The notes under the pieces: model-generated
The model's input: the letters and a program-made list of their open reading frames with translations, nothing else
What the model was told of the DNA's origin: nothing
Databases searched by the model: none
Part shown: one piece after another, positions 8,266 to 18,779 of the stretch
Numbering within the stretch: position 1 is the stretch's first letter
Layout of the letters: every line of letters begins with the position of its first letter
Made by a program: the position numbers and the translations under genes
NCBI RefSeq assembly: GCF_000012285.1
Contig: NC_007181.1
Location: forward strand, 1,230,001 to 1,262,000
Reading direction: 5' to 3'
DNA: 32,000 nucleotides
DNA from: Sulfolobus acidocaldarius DSM 639
Lineage (GTDB): Archaea; Thermoproteota; Thermoprotei_A; Sulfolobales; Sulfolobaceae

Positions 8266-8593
8266 CTTTACTTAACCTCCTCAAATATCTTGCAAAGTCA
8301 AATTCAAGCCTACCCAGCTCCTTTGCAAGTCGCTCGTATTTTTCCTCCAACTCTTTAACCCTCTCTTCTAATTCGCTGTTTTGAGGTAGGCCGTCCTTAG
8401 TGATTACAATCTTTTTGTCACTCGTCAAGATTAGATAAATTTCCTCACCAGGCTTGAGGTCAAGTTCTCTAATGAACGAGCTAGGAATTTTTATCCTCCC
8501 TCTGACGTCTATAGTCATTTTCTTAGTCTCTTTAATTTCCACAATAATGTTATTTTGCGTAAAGGCTAATATTATTTTCCCACTTCTTCCCAC
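8237..8593 (-). CDS. AbrB/SpoVT-family DNA-binding protein with a C-terminal coiled coil (antitoxin-like)
   Basis: MTIDVRGRIKIPSSFIRELDLKPGEEIYLILTSDKKIVITKDG is a typical swapped-hairpin AbrB/MazE/SpoVT domain. The C-terminus ELEERVKELEEKYERLAKELGRLE is coiled-coil-like. The likely true start is the internal ATG at 8518, with ATTATT ~25-30 nt upstream; the ORF-track start 8593 adds 25 non-conserved residues. Confidence 0.75.
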   Translation of the reverse strand: MGRSGKIILAFTQNNIIVEIKETKKMTIDVRGRIKIPSSFIRELDLKPGEEIYLILTSDKKIVITKDGLPQNSELEERVKELEEKYERLAKELGRLEFDFARYLRRLSKDETKYQQST

Positions 8594-8642
8594 TATTGTA
8601 AACTAGTTAGATAGTTCACTCAATTTTTACCTCACTAATGAG

Positions 8643-8704
8643 TTGACCTCCTCCAACTTTAAAGGACGAGACTTACTTATTTTGAGTTAACTCCCCAGTT
8701 TACT
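8643..8704. repeat. left repeat module flanking ORF 8806-9951
   Basis: ttgacctcctcc-N6-aaaggacgagactt (8643-8674) has an inverted copy at 9983-10015. ttgagttaactccccagtttact (8682-8704) has a direct copy at 10038-10060 (20/23) and contains the 10-bp palindrome GAGTTAACTC. taaaggacgaga is repeated again at 8731-8742. Confidence 0.8.
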
Positions 8705-8805
8705 GAGAAAAAATTCAACTATGGTCATTCTAAAGGACGAGAGCCTTACCTTTAGGTCAGTCATCTCAGTATATTTTATTAATTCAGTTTTGTAATTATA
8801 TATAT

Positions 8806-9951
8806 ATGTCTAATGAGGAATGCTCTGAAAAAGTCGATGTACTTATTTGTGAAGAGCTGAATGTGCGTCTCAAAAAATTGAAAGAACTTCTTAAAGAGGA
8901 CGTTATCTACTCTAACACTTTGAAGTCACTTGAAGAAATCAATTATGAAAATGAAGAAGCCTCTAAAAAGGCAGCAGAGAGAATAATTGAATTTCTTGAT
9001 CACCGGCACGATGAGTATGTAAGCAAGAATATTAAAAAAGATGATCTCAAAGACGAATTAACCTTTCTTAAAACTAATCTATTAGTAGATCTTTCGAATA
9101 AAAATCTATGTGATGATAATAATGTTGAACAATACGGAAACAAAATTAAGGATGCTTATAAAAGTCTGAGAAATATAGAGGGAGTTGACTCCGTTATTGC
9201 ATCGGAAATATTGCACATACTTTTCCCAAACTTCTTCTTAATCTGGGATATCGAATTAGCTAAGTATATTATAGGTAAGCCAGCAGAAGAGCTTAATGAA
9301 GACGATTACCTCTGTTTCCTTAAGATTAGGTGTAAATGTATAAATCAAAATGAAATTACTCAGGCGTATTCAGAACATACTACATCAGAGAGCAAAAGGG
9401 AGGAAATAACTTTAATGAAACCAATAGACAAGCCTAATACGGGAAAATCTGCAGAAAAAAACAATCTTGTGACATCATCACCTGTGGAAGAAGAGAGAAG
9501 ATCAACAAAATATAACTATGAGGAAATACATCAGGATTTAGACAATCACATCTCTCTTAGTGACATAATAATCATGGCGCTTAGTAGTGAACCAAATAGG
9601 CTTATCATAGGCATAGACTCTCTCATTGAGCTGGTCCGCAAAGTATATAATGAGTTAAAGGAAAGGGGATTCCAAGTAGAGGACCTAAAGTTCGTGCTCC
9701 TTGATGATCAATTATTGCGTAAGAGGGTGCGTGATAGTCTTGAAGACCTCAGTAAAAAACAATATATTTACATAGAAGGGATACGGAAAGAGCAGTTTAA
9801 ATTAACAAATAAAGGATTTGAGATGGCCTTAAAGCTGTTCAAAAAGTTTGGGATAGATTTCGAAAACTTTAAAATGCGTATACAGAGAAGGCGTGCAAAG
9901 AGCCAAGATGAAAAAGAAAATGAAAGGCGTTTAAATGAGAATATTCAGTAA
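8806..9951 (+). CDS. hypothetical protein: N-terminal region with a helix-hairpin-helix-like motif, C-terminal winged-helix-like region
   Basis: 381 aa. Residues ~123-148, NIEGVDSVIASEILHILFPNFFLIWD, resemble the HhH plus downstream Asp layout of HhH-type DNA glycosylase-like domains (weak, by eye). The C-terminus LSDIIIMALSSEPNRLIIGIDSLIELV...YIYIEGIRKEQFKLTNKG looks like a wHTH. Confidence 0.6.
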   Translation: MSNEECSEKVDVLICEELNVRLKKLKELLKEDVIYSNTLKSLEEINYENEEASKKAAERIIEFLDHRHDEYVSKNIKKDDLKDELTFLKTNLLVDLSNKNLCDDNNVEQYGNKIKDAYKSLRNIEGVDSVIASEILHILFPNFFLIWDIELAKYIIGKPAEELNEDDYLCFLKIRCKCINQNEITQAYSEHTTSESKREEITLMKPIDKPNTGKSAEKNNLVTSSPVEEERRSTKYNYEEIHQDLDNHISLSDIIIMALSSEPNRLIIGIDSLIELVRKVYNELKERGFQVEDLKFVLLDDQLLRKRVRDSLEDLSKKQYIYIEGIRKEQFKLTNKGFEMALKLFKKFGIDFENFKMRIQRRRAKSQDEKENERRLNENIQ

Positions 9952-9982
9952 TGTCTCTCAGTGAAGGTGATTAAAACGAGGA

Positions 9983-10060
9983 AAGTCTCGCCCTTTATGG
10001 CGGGGAGGAGGTCAAAGAGTTTTTGGGAATGAAATGTTTGAATTAACTCCTCAGTTAACT
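9983..10060. repeat. right repeat module flanking ORF 8806-9951
   Basis: The reverse complement of 9983-10015 is ttgacctcctcc-N7-aaagggcgagactt, matching 12/12 and 13/14 against 8643-8674. 10038-10060, ttgaattaactcctcagttaact, is a direct copy of 8682-8704. Confidence 0.8.
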
Positions 10061-10202
10061 TAATAAAAATTGTAATTATAGTAATATTATTTTATTAGTA
10101 TTACTGATGAGGAATTTTTGCCCTGTTCTTTCAACTTTAGATTTGATTAAGGCAATTACCATCGATATTTAAGCTTTAATTATTTGAAGAGGGCAGAGTT
10201 AA

Positions 10203-10400
10203 TATACGGGTTATAGGACTTTCGTTGCCGGGCAGTATAAGATTCGTCAGAGAGGGAATAAGTATTATGTTTACTCCATAGAGAAGGGTCAAGACGGTAA
10301 GGTAAAGGAACATTATATTGATCCTTTAGCTGACGTGATTGAAACATATGTTAAATTGAAAGATAGTAATGTGGGTATCAGGAGTACCCCAATAAGGTAG
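10203..10400 (+). pseudogene. Int(N): N-terminal part of the partitioned SSV-type integrase, decayed
   Basis: Reads YTGYRTFVAGQYKIRQRGNKYYVYSIEKGQDGKVKEHYIDPLADVIETYVKLKDSNVGIRSTPIR* and is collinear with the SSV1 integrase N-terminus. The frame opens directly after TAA 10200-10202 with no start codon. It is 1 nt out of register with the frame that Int(C) uses through the att sequence. Confidence 0.75.
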
Positions 10401-10444
10401 CCGGGCAGGGACTCGAACCCTGGTCCCAGGGGCCAAAGCCCTGG
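10394..10444. repeat. attR: 51-bp direct repeat inside the intact tRNA-Gln
   Basis: Identical to 1709-1759. It covers tRNA positions ~26 to the 3' end plus 4 nt downstream. Confidence 0.95.
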
Positions 10445-10470
10445 ATCCTTGACCGCTAGACGACCCGGCT
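10398..10470 (-). tRNA. tRNA-Gln (anticodon UUG)
   Basis: The minus strand reads AGCCGGGTCGTCTAGCGGTCAAGGATCCAGGGCTTTGGCCCCTGGGACCAGGGTTCGAGTCCCTGCCCGGCTA. Acceptor stem is AGCCGGG/CCCGGCT, anticodon arm is CAGGG-CTTTGGC-CCCTG, T arm is CAGGG-TTCGAGT-CCCTG. Length 73 nt, no encoded CCA. Confidence 0.9.
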
Positions 10471-10566
10471 AAGTATACTTTGTCATATTTTAACTAAAAA
10501 GCTTTCTTTCCATTTAGTATCATGTAGTCAATACAGTATTAATTTTAAGAGTATAATCACCCTCTT

Positions 10567-10923
10567 TTACATATAGGTCTGTGGCTTTATTTCAACTTTT
10601 CCTTTCAGTACTGATTCTCTTATCAGGAAGTTATTTTCACTTAGTTTAATAACCAGAATGGAAATTAAGAGCTTAATCTTCCTCTTTCTATATTCGTTTA
10701 GCTCCTTAATTGTTTGTTTTAGTTGGTCTACTAATTCAGGAATGGAAAATCTAAGTAACTCGTCTTCCTCTTTTAAATTTCTAATTTCTTTCTCTAATTC
10801 ATAAGCTAATTTTAATAGATCTTCCTTTTGTGTATCTTTCAATAGTTTCAATAATTTGTCTGCAGCTTCAACAATTTTCTCTTCATTCATATCATGTATA
10901 ATGTCAAGTAAAGGTGCAAACAC
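10567..10923 (-). CDS. hypothetical coiled-coil protein
   Basis: 118-aa ORF (GTG start; alternative ATG at MNEEKIVE), Glu/Lys/Leu-rich, lying between two tRNA genes. No recognisable motif. Confidence 0.45.
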   Translation of the reverse strand: MFAPLLDIIHDMNEEKIVEAADKLLKLLKDTQKEDLLKLAYELEKEIRNLKEEDELLRFSIPELVDQLKQTIKELNEYRKRKIKLLISILVIKLSENNFLIRESVLKGKVEIKPQTYM

Positions 10924-10953
10924 AGTTTACATTTCATTAAACTAAATTAAAAG

Positions 10954-11050
<97 letters not shown>

Positions 11051-11077
11051 ATGATAATATATTCGCCAGGTTAAGAA

Positions 11078-11713
11078 TTAAAGATTTTCCTTATAAAAGG
11101 AAAATGTTGTATCAAGCCCGCTATCTTTTATGAATTTTGCTAAAAGATTGTATATCTGCCTTGCCCTGTTCAAAACCAAAAAGTCATTTGTGCATATTAC
11201 ATTATTACTCAAAATTAATTCTAAGTCCGTCTTTCTAACAGTTTTAGCATATATACCCCTATATCTAAGTTTACCTGCGAGCTCTCCGCTCCTACTTATC
11301 TGTGAATCTAAAATGATTTCGAATTTTATCTTATTCTGATCTAAATATTCTGAGAGAAGGACTAACATATCAAAGATTTCTTCTGAATTATTTTTTCTCT
11401 TGCCTAGTCCTAAGTCTCTATAAAAACCATCGTCACAAAGAAAGATTTCATCACCATAAATTAAAGAGAGTAATGTTAGTGCTAAATTGTAACCGTCTAG
11501 TATTACATAGGTTACACTTTTCACGCTTTTACTTCTTATATGTTGAATCTCTTCGTCACTATGGATACATCTATATAATAACAATCTTGATTTTTTATCT
11601 AAATTGTATCTTGAACTAATTAGATCTAAAGCCGGTTTTCTGTTATATCCTCTGTTTAAAAGGTACTTATAATCTTCATACGCCATTAGTAATTGCTGAC
11701 CTAATTGTATCAA
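11078..11713 (-). CDS. conserved archaeal hypothetical protein (DUF434-like N-terminus)
   Basis: 211-aa ORF immediately downstream of, and overlapping, alaS. The N-terminus [39 protein letters not shown] resembles the DUF434 signature as I recall it. The likely start is the internal ATG at 11686. Confidence 0.6.
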
Positions 11714-14399
11714 TTATCTTTTCCTCTTCAACAGTTATTGAAACACTTCCATATGTTCCTTTTCCTCCCCCTCTTCCACCAATTTTCCTTAATTCATCCA
11801 CGATTTTATCGACCTTTATGTCCTTTGATGTCGCAATTTCAACGTTCTTTGTATCTTTGCCTCTGATACTAATTACAATATTTTGATTGTTAGATGTGAT
11901 CTTCCTCATTACTTCTTTTATAAGCTGTTCATCTATAAAGTCTCTCAATATATATATAGTAATTCCATTGACGCTTATTCTCTCTGCAATCTCCTGTATT
12001 CTATCCAATACAATTTTACGATATTTGTCCAACAAATTCTGTAAGTTCTCATATTCTTCTAAATGTTTTTTGAGTCTTACATTAATCTGGGATACAGGCG
12101 AATTTAGCAACTTTGAGATTTCATTTAATTTCTCGTCCTGTTGTCTTGCATAATTGGATACCATATCACCAGCTACATATTCTAGTCTTATTACACCGTC
12201 TTGAAGTTTTTCGACGTTCACTATTTTAACTCCTCCAATTTCTCCGGTGTTTATGAGATGGGTTCCTCCGCATCCCTCTATATCCCAATTTTCTATTTCT
12301 ATTAGTCTTATCTCAGACCCTTCAGGTATTCCTCCAGCATATATAGAAACTCCATATTTCATTTCAGCTTCAGTTCTCTCAATATATAGTGGTCTAACTT
12401 TTCTGCGATCATTAATTATATAGTTAGCAAAATCTTCTATTTTCCTTATCTCTTCTTCTGTAGGCAACTTATAGTGAGTTACGTCAAGTCTTCCTTTATA
12501 TTCTGTTTTCTCAGCCCCTGCTTGCCATGCATGTTCTCCTAATACTCTTCTTGTGGCTGATAAAATCACGTGCGTAACCGTGTGGTGTTTCATAATTCTA
12601 TATCTTCTTTGCCAGTCTATTTCACCATATACTTGCTCTCCTTGAATGAAGGGAGAATCTTTGTCAAGTATATGCACAATTACTCCCTTATACTTTTGGG
12701 TATCAATTACTTTGGCCTGCTTATTACCCTCAATTGATCTTATAATTCCCGTATCACCTATTTGACCTCCACCCTCAGGATAGAATGTCGTTTGATCTAG
12801 GACTAGGAAATTTTTATAATTTAATAACACTTTTGCATTGAATGTCCTCAGATACTGATCTTTATAGTAGAGAGGAACAGTTGGCTCTATTTTTTTATTG
12901 TTTATTTCATCAATAACTTCTTTGGGAATTTTATCCTTCCTATTTTCTCTCACTAGAGCATTTTGATGTTTCTTTGCTACAATGGAGTAGAAGTTATGAG
13001 GGATTTCAACGTTAATATTTATATTCCTTTTTCTCGCTTCATCTAATATTAGATCTGGGGAAATACCATTAGAATCGTATATGTTAATTAGTTCATCTAA
13101 GTCAACTTTGCTCTTTTTAGATAACGTTGAGAGTATGGAAGGAATTTTGCTTATTGTATCATTATACTTCTCCTCCTCATTTATTACTGCATCAACTATA
13201 TAGTCTTTATTCTTTAACATCTGTGGAAAATCTTCTTTCCAATAATCAATCTGATCCTTTATTAGTTCATGTAGCTTGACATCACTACCTAATAATCTAA
13301 GGACTCTGAGAGCTCTTCTAATTAATAACCTCCCTAGATATCCCTCGCCTGAGTTAGAGGGTACAAGTCCATCTGCTAACATGAGAGCAATTGTTTTTGT
13401 GTGATCAAGTACCTGAAATACTCTGGCAGCTCTTGTAAGTTCCTCATTTACATACTTCAAATCAAGACCTAATTGTTTTGCTAAATGCTCCCTATGGGCA
13501 GTTATAGTCTCTTTTATGTCAGGATCTATTCTACCTGCGTATATAGCAGCAGCTTTAAGTAACTCATTATTTACTTCACCAACGCCAATCTTTTTGTAGA
13601 ACGAGCTCACTAAATTACCATAAATCGCATGGAAGGCTGTTGGGGTTCTCTGTGTAAACCATGCAATTCTTTCAACACCATATCCTGTATCTACAATCTT
13701 AAGTTTTAAGGGTACGTAATCTTGTCCCCTAATTTCGTATTGCATAAATACCAATGTAGCTAATTCTAAGCCTCCTACTGTTACTTCGAAACACGGTCCT
13801 GCATTACCTCCACCCTCCCACCATGATTCTTTAAAGTTTAACTGATCTTCAGGGATCCCTAGTTCTTCTGTAAAGAACTCCTTAGCAAATGCTACTGTTT
13901 CGTCTTTCCAATAAATTTGTTTATCAGGATAATTGAATGCATGATGAGCAGCCATTTCAAATGTGGTCAAATGCCTTCCAAATGTTATTCCTACGTTATC
14001 CACATCTTCTAGTCTTATACATGGCTGAGAAACTACCAGTGGATTTGCAGGCGGTTTAGCTAATCCGCTCGTTACAAATGGTTGAAAGTCAACTATACTA
14101 GCTATAGTAAGATAAAGATCATCTCTCCACTTGGCAACTACAGGTTTAGGTGGAACTATGGTGTGTCCTCTCTTTTCAAAGAATCTTAGAAATTTTTCTC
14201 TTGATTCTCTCACTGTTAATGGGGGAGATTTAATCTTGATATCAAAGAAGTAATAGTCAGTACAAGGAACATCTGAACAATTTTCCTTTGACTTATCTAA
14301 AGTCCAAAATGGGGTAGAACAGGATCTACAAATTTTTCTTTCATATCCTCTTGACAGAAAAAAGTTTAACCTGTACTCGTTCTCGTTTGCTTTGACCAT
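11676..14399 (-). CDS. alaS: alanyl-tRNA synthetase
   Basis: 907 aa. Archaeal AlaRS features include the N-terminal Zn-like CRSC...[11 protein letters not shown], the GPCFEV class II core, the editing-domain HHTVTH...CGGTH motifs, and a C-terminal DHHA1-like region with GGRGGGKG. Confidence 0.95.
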
Positions 14400-14439
14400 G
14401 GTAAAAATGATATTTGAAATGGTAAAAAAGACTTTCTTA

Positions 14440-14757
<318 letters not shown>

Positions 14758-14798
14758 ATATAATCACCTTAAAATACATAAAGAGGTGATATTTAAAC

Positions 14799-15802
<1,004 letters not shown>

Positions 15803-15806
<4 letters not shown>

Positions 15807-16468
15807 GCTCTTTTAACTTTTACAGCTTTACCCATTGTTGTTTTAACATAAATATTTCTTAGATTAGTTTCTACCTTTGCTTTATTCTCTATTGCATTTA
15901 ATACGGCTATCGCATTCTCAGCTAAGTCTTCAGGCTTCATGTCCTCAGTTCCTATGAATACTTGAACTTGTGGCTGATCCTTGGTCTTTACTAGAACTGA
16001 TCTCTTGAATCTATTAATATATTCACTGATATCAGCTGTATTGGGTAGAGGTGTAGGAAACTTACCTCTAGGTCCTAAGGCGGGTCCTAATATCCTTCCT
16101 GCCAGTGCCATAGATTCCTGGTTAATTAAAAACCACTCATTTTGTCTAGCTAATTTTTTCACTGGTCTTTTTTGTCCTTGTAATTTTTGTAATTCTTCTC
16201 TAGTTATCACAACATTGGGAGATGCTTTTTTAGCATATTCGAGTTGTTCGAAGGATGGAACAACAAGAACCCTCTTTGCTTTAGATGGCTGTTTTGGTAA
16301 GGGAACTATTTCTCTAAGTTTAAGGTCACCTTTCTTCATATCAATTCCTTTAAACGTAAGTATAATTTCCACACTTTGTGTAAAGTTCCTTTTTACATTA
16401 TACTCCGTACTAAGTGCCAGTTTTAAGGCTTCTATCAACGATTCTTTATCCGCTAACACTTTCTTCAC
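15803..16468 (-). CDS. rpl1: 50S ribosomal protein L1
   Basis: 221 aa in the conserved L11-L1-P0-L12 cluster. There is a 4-nt overlap with rplP0. Confidence 0.9.
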
Positions 16469-16977
16469 CCTTCTGCTTCATTCCATTTTTGCTCATAATT
16501 AGTTAATAAGTCATTGTATTTTCCTTGATCAATCTCTTTTATTACATCTTTAGGATCTTTTCCTTCAACAGTTATACCTATTGACCTTGCAGTTCCTAGT
16601 AAACTCTTTATTGCAGCTGTTAGAGTTTTTGCGCTAAGTTGAGGCTTTTTCTTAATCGCTATGTCAGCAATTTGTTCTAAGTCTAAATTGCCTATCTTCT
16701 TGTGGGCTGGATCTCCTGAGGGCTCTTGAGCGTTTATTGCTTTAAGTAATAGTGATGTTGTTGTAGGTACTCCAACTTTTATATCATATTTTTTAGTTGA
16801 ACTATCGATCTCAATTGTGACTGGTACTGACATTCCTTTAAATTGTGCTGTAACATCATTTATTTTTTTAACAACTTCCTGAACATTAAGTCCTAATTGT
16901 GATAGGGTAGGTCCCAATGGTGGACCTGGTTTAGCACTACCTCCTTCTACCATTATTTTTATTGTCTTAGTAGGCAA
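16465..16977 (-). CDS. rpl11: 50S ribosomal protein L11
   Basis: [27 protein letters not shown] is the canonical uL11 N-terminal motif. Confidence 0.95.
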   Translation of the reverse strand: MPTKTIKIMVEGGSAKPGPPLGPTLSQLGLNVQEVVKKINDVTAQFKGMSVPVTIEIDSSTKKYDIKVGVPTTTSLLLKAINAQEPSGDPAHKKIGNLDLEQIADIAIKKKPQLSAKTLTAAIKSLLGTARSIGITVEGKDPKDVIKEIDQGKYNDLLTNYEQKWNEAEG

Positions 16978-16984
16978 TTATCTG

Positions 16985-17452
16985 TCACCTCTTAACAGGT
17001 TTAACTTGTTCCAAAGGAACTGTAACCTGAACAGGATATGAGGATTCTAAAATATTTAAAACTACTTCATTTTTTGTTGATTCTACTCTCACAACTTGAG
17101 CCTGCATACCTCTAAATGGACCACTAATTACCTCTACTAAGTCTCCTTCTTTCACAGCGGGTAATGCAACTGACTTAGAAACAAATTTTGTAACATCTTC
17201 TTTCTGAATTAGTCCATGAGCTACTCCTTTAACGTGTCTTATTCCTGATGAAATTAATTTTACTACATGAGGTCCGGTAGCTTCAAGTATCACATAACCC
17301 TTTATATTAGGTGGGACTACTACAGAAAAGATTTCATTTATATTATTTGTTTTTATTCTTTCTTCTAAAATAAGAGCCACGTTAATTTCTTGTCCTCCTG
17401 TAACTCTTAACACGTAATAATTTCTGTACTTGAAGTCCTCCATTGATAGCAC
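16985..17452 (-). CDS. spt5: transcription elongation factor Spt5 (NusG)
   Basis: NGN domain (YYVLRVTGGQE) plus KOW motif (GDLVEVISGPFRGMQAQVVRV). It sits between secE and rpl11 as in other archaea. Confidence 0.9.
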   Translation of the reverse strand: MLSMEDFKYRNYYVLRVTGGQEINVALILEERIKTNNINEIFSVVVPPNIKGYVILEATGPHVVKLISSGIRHVKGVAHGLIQKEDVTKFVSKSVALPAVKEGDLVEVISGPFRGMQAQVVRVESTKNEVVLNILESSYPVQVTVPLEQVKPVKR

Positions 17453-17456
17453 CTTT

Positions 17457-17654
17457 TTACCTTATTATCAGTGATGTAGTTAACTGTACAATGTAAGCGA
17501 TGAGACCAACTACAGCCATAACTAAAAGTGTAAGCCTAATACTGTAATTAAATGAATCTTTGTCTGGTTTCTTGGCTACACTAATTATTCTCTTCCAGTC
17601 TTCTCGTAGCCTTTTGATAATGTCAGAAATTTTCATTATACTAAAAACTTTCAT
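17457..17654 (-). CDS. secE: protein translocase subunit SecE (Sec61 gamma)
   Basis: 65 aa with a basic N-terminus and a single C-terminal TM segment ([18 protein letters not shown]). It sits in the conserved position upstream of spt5. Confidence 0.8.
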   Translation of the reverse strand: MKVFSIMKISDIIKRLREDWKRIISVAKKPDKDSFNYSIRLTLLVMAVVGLIAYIVQLTTSLIIR

Positions 17655-17669
17655 TTACGAATTTTAACT

Positions 17670-18779
17670 TTAACTACTGAATATCCTTTCTACAAACCAG
17701 TCTGGTGAGAAGGGAATTAAATCATCATAATTCTGTCCTACTCCCATATATACTACAGGTTTTTTCAATTCATACGCTAATGAAAGAGCTATTCCACCTT
17801 TAGCATCTGCATCTACTTTGGTAAGAATTACTGCATCATATCCAACATTATTTTCAAAATGTCTAGCCTGTTCTAATGCATCACTTCCTGCTAGCGAGTC
17901 TAATATTAAGATCCTAAAATCAGGTTTTGCTATCCTTAAAACCCTCTTAAGTTCTTCAACTAAATCAGAGTCTATATGCATTCTCCCAGCTGTATCAATA
18001 AGTACTACATCTATATTTCTACTCTTAGCAAAACTTATGGCATCGAATGCTACCGACGCTGGATCAGCACCATATTTTCCTCTTATTAGTTGAACCTCTA
18101 ATTTTGATGCATGATAAGCTAGTTGCTCTTGTGCAGCAGCTCTAAATGTATCTGAGGCTGCAATAATTGTAGATAAGTTATTTTTCTTCAGCATATTTAC
18201 TACTTTTGCTATAGTAGTAGTTTTACCTACTCCATTAACTCCAAAGAATATTATTACAAATGGCTTCTTTCCACTACTTCTTATTTTTTCTATCAAATCT
18301 GTTTTTTGATTTTTTGTTAAAATCTCTGTTATAGATTTTTTTAGAGTATTTATTACTATTTCCTCAACTTCCTCTCTTCTACTAACCTTTTTCCCTATCA
18401 GATTATTTTTGAGATCTTCTAGTATTTTTTCCGTAACTTCATAAGATACATCAGAATCAAGAAGTTGAAATCTGAGTTCTTCTATAACGTCATTAAGATC
18501 GTCCTCTTTTATCGTTTTATACTTCAGGAAATCAAAGAAGGATCGTTTATTCTCCTGCTTATTTTCTTGACCTGTTTGAACTGAAATTTTTTCCTGTTTT
18601 TGCTCAATTTTATTTTCCGCTTGTGGTTGTTGTACATTTTGCTGTTGTTGTATAGTCTCTTCTTTTTTACTTTCTAGTTGATCTGTTTGTCTAGTTTCAG
18701 GTTCCTTTTTGTTCTCTTCTCCACTAATTTTATCTAAAAAATTTGAGAATGCTTTTTTTAATCTATCAAAACAAATTAT
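17670..18779 (-). CDS. ftsY: signal recognition particle receptor FtsY; 5' end lacks a canonical in-frame start (see findings)
   Basis: The NG domain is in ORF 17670-18296 ([23 protein letters not shown]). The N-domain and a Gln/Glu/Lys-rich A-region continue in the same frame upstream to 18779 (..[19 protein letters not shown]...). The ORF-track TTG at 18296 would delete the N-domain. Confidence 0.85.

Larger units (their letters stand above)
1709..10444. mobile_element. integrated SSV-type (partitioned-integrase) element or remnant inserted in tRNA-Gln, ~8.7 kb
   Basis: A perfect 51-bp direct repeat (1709-1759 = 10394-10444) equals the 3' two-thirds of tRNA-Gln. Int(C) reads inward from the left repeat and Int(N) reads into the right repeat. 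Cargo is hypothetical, IS-like or decayed genes, with visibly higher GC in ~1.7-3.1 kb and 4.1-6.1 kb than in flanking DNA. Confidence 0.85.

Noticed and set aside
9961-10020. GC-richer patch (gtctcgccctttatggcggggaggaggtc) considered as a tRNA remnant or terminator hairpin
   Set aside because: Only a short imperfect stem (cgcc/ggcg) can form. It is better explained as the inverted copy of the 8643-8674 repeat module.
11887-12153. 88-aa plus-strand ORF, and likewise 11130-11339, 17818-18093, 19827-20039, 20912-21208, 24121-24417, 27587-27808, 28999-29244, 29723-30007 and 30353-30550
   Set aside because: Each sits wholly inside a longer, motif-supported gene on the opposite strand.
15981-16502. 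173-aa plus-strand ORF in the ORF track
   Set aside because: It lies entirely antisense to the well-supported rpl1 gene. The translation is low-complexity Leu/Ser/Phe-rich, typical of a shadow ORF in AT-rich DNA.
16380-16520. Looked for an L1 autoregulatory mRNA site (23S rRNA mimic) near the rpl1 5' end
   Set aside because: I could not identify a convincing helix/loop mimic by eye. It is not supportable without an rRNA sequence and a folding tool.
18540-18720. caa/cag-rich repetitive tract
   Set aside because: It is in frame with ftsY and encodes its Gln/Glu/Lys-rich A-region, so it is low-complexity coding sequence rather than a repeat element.
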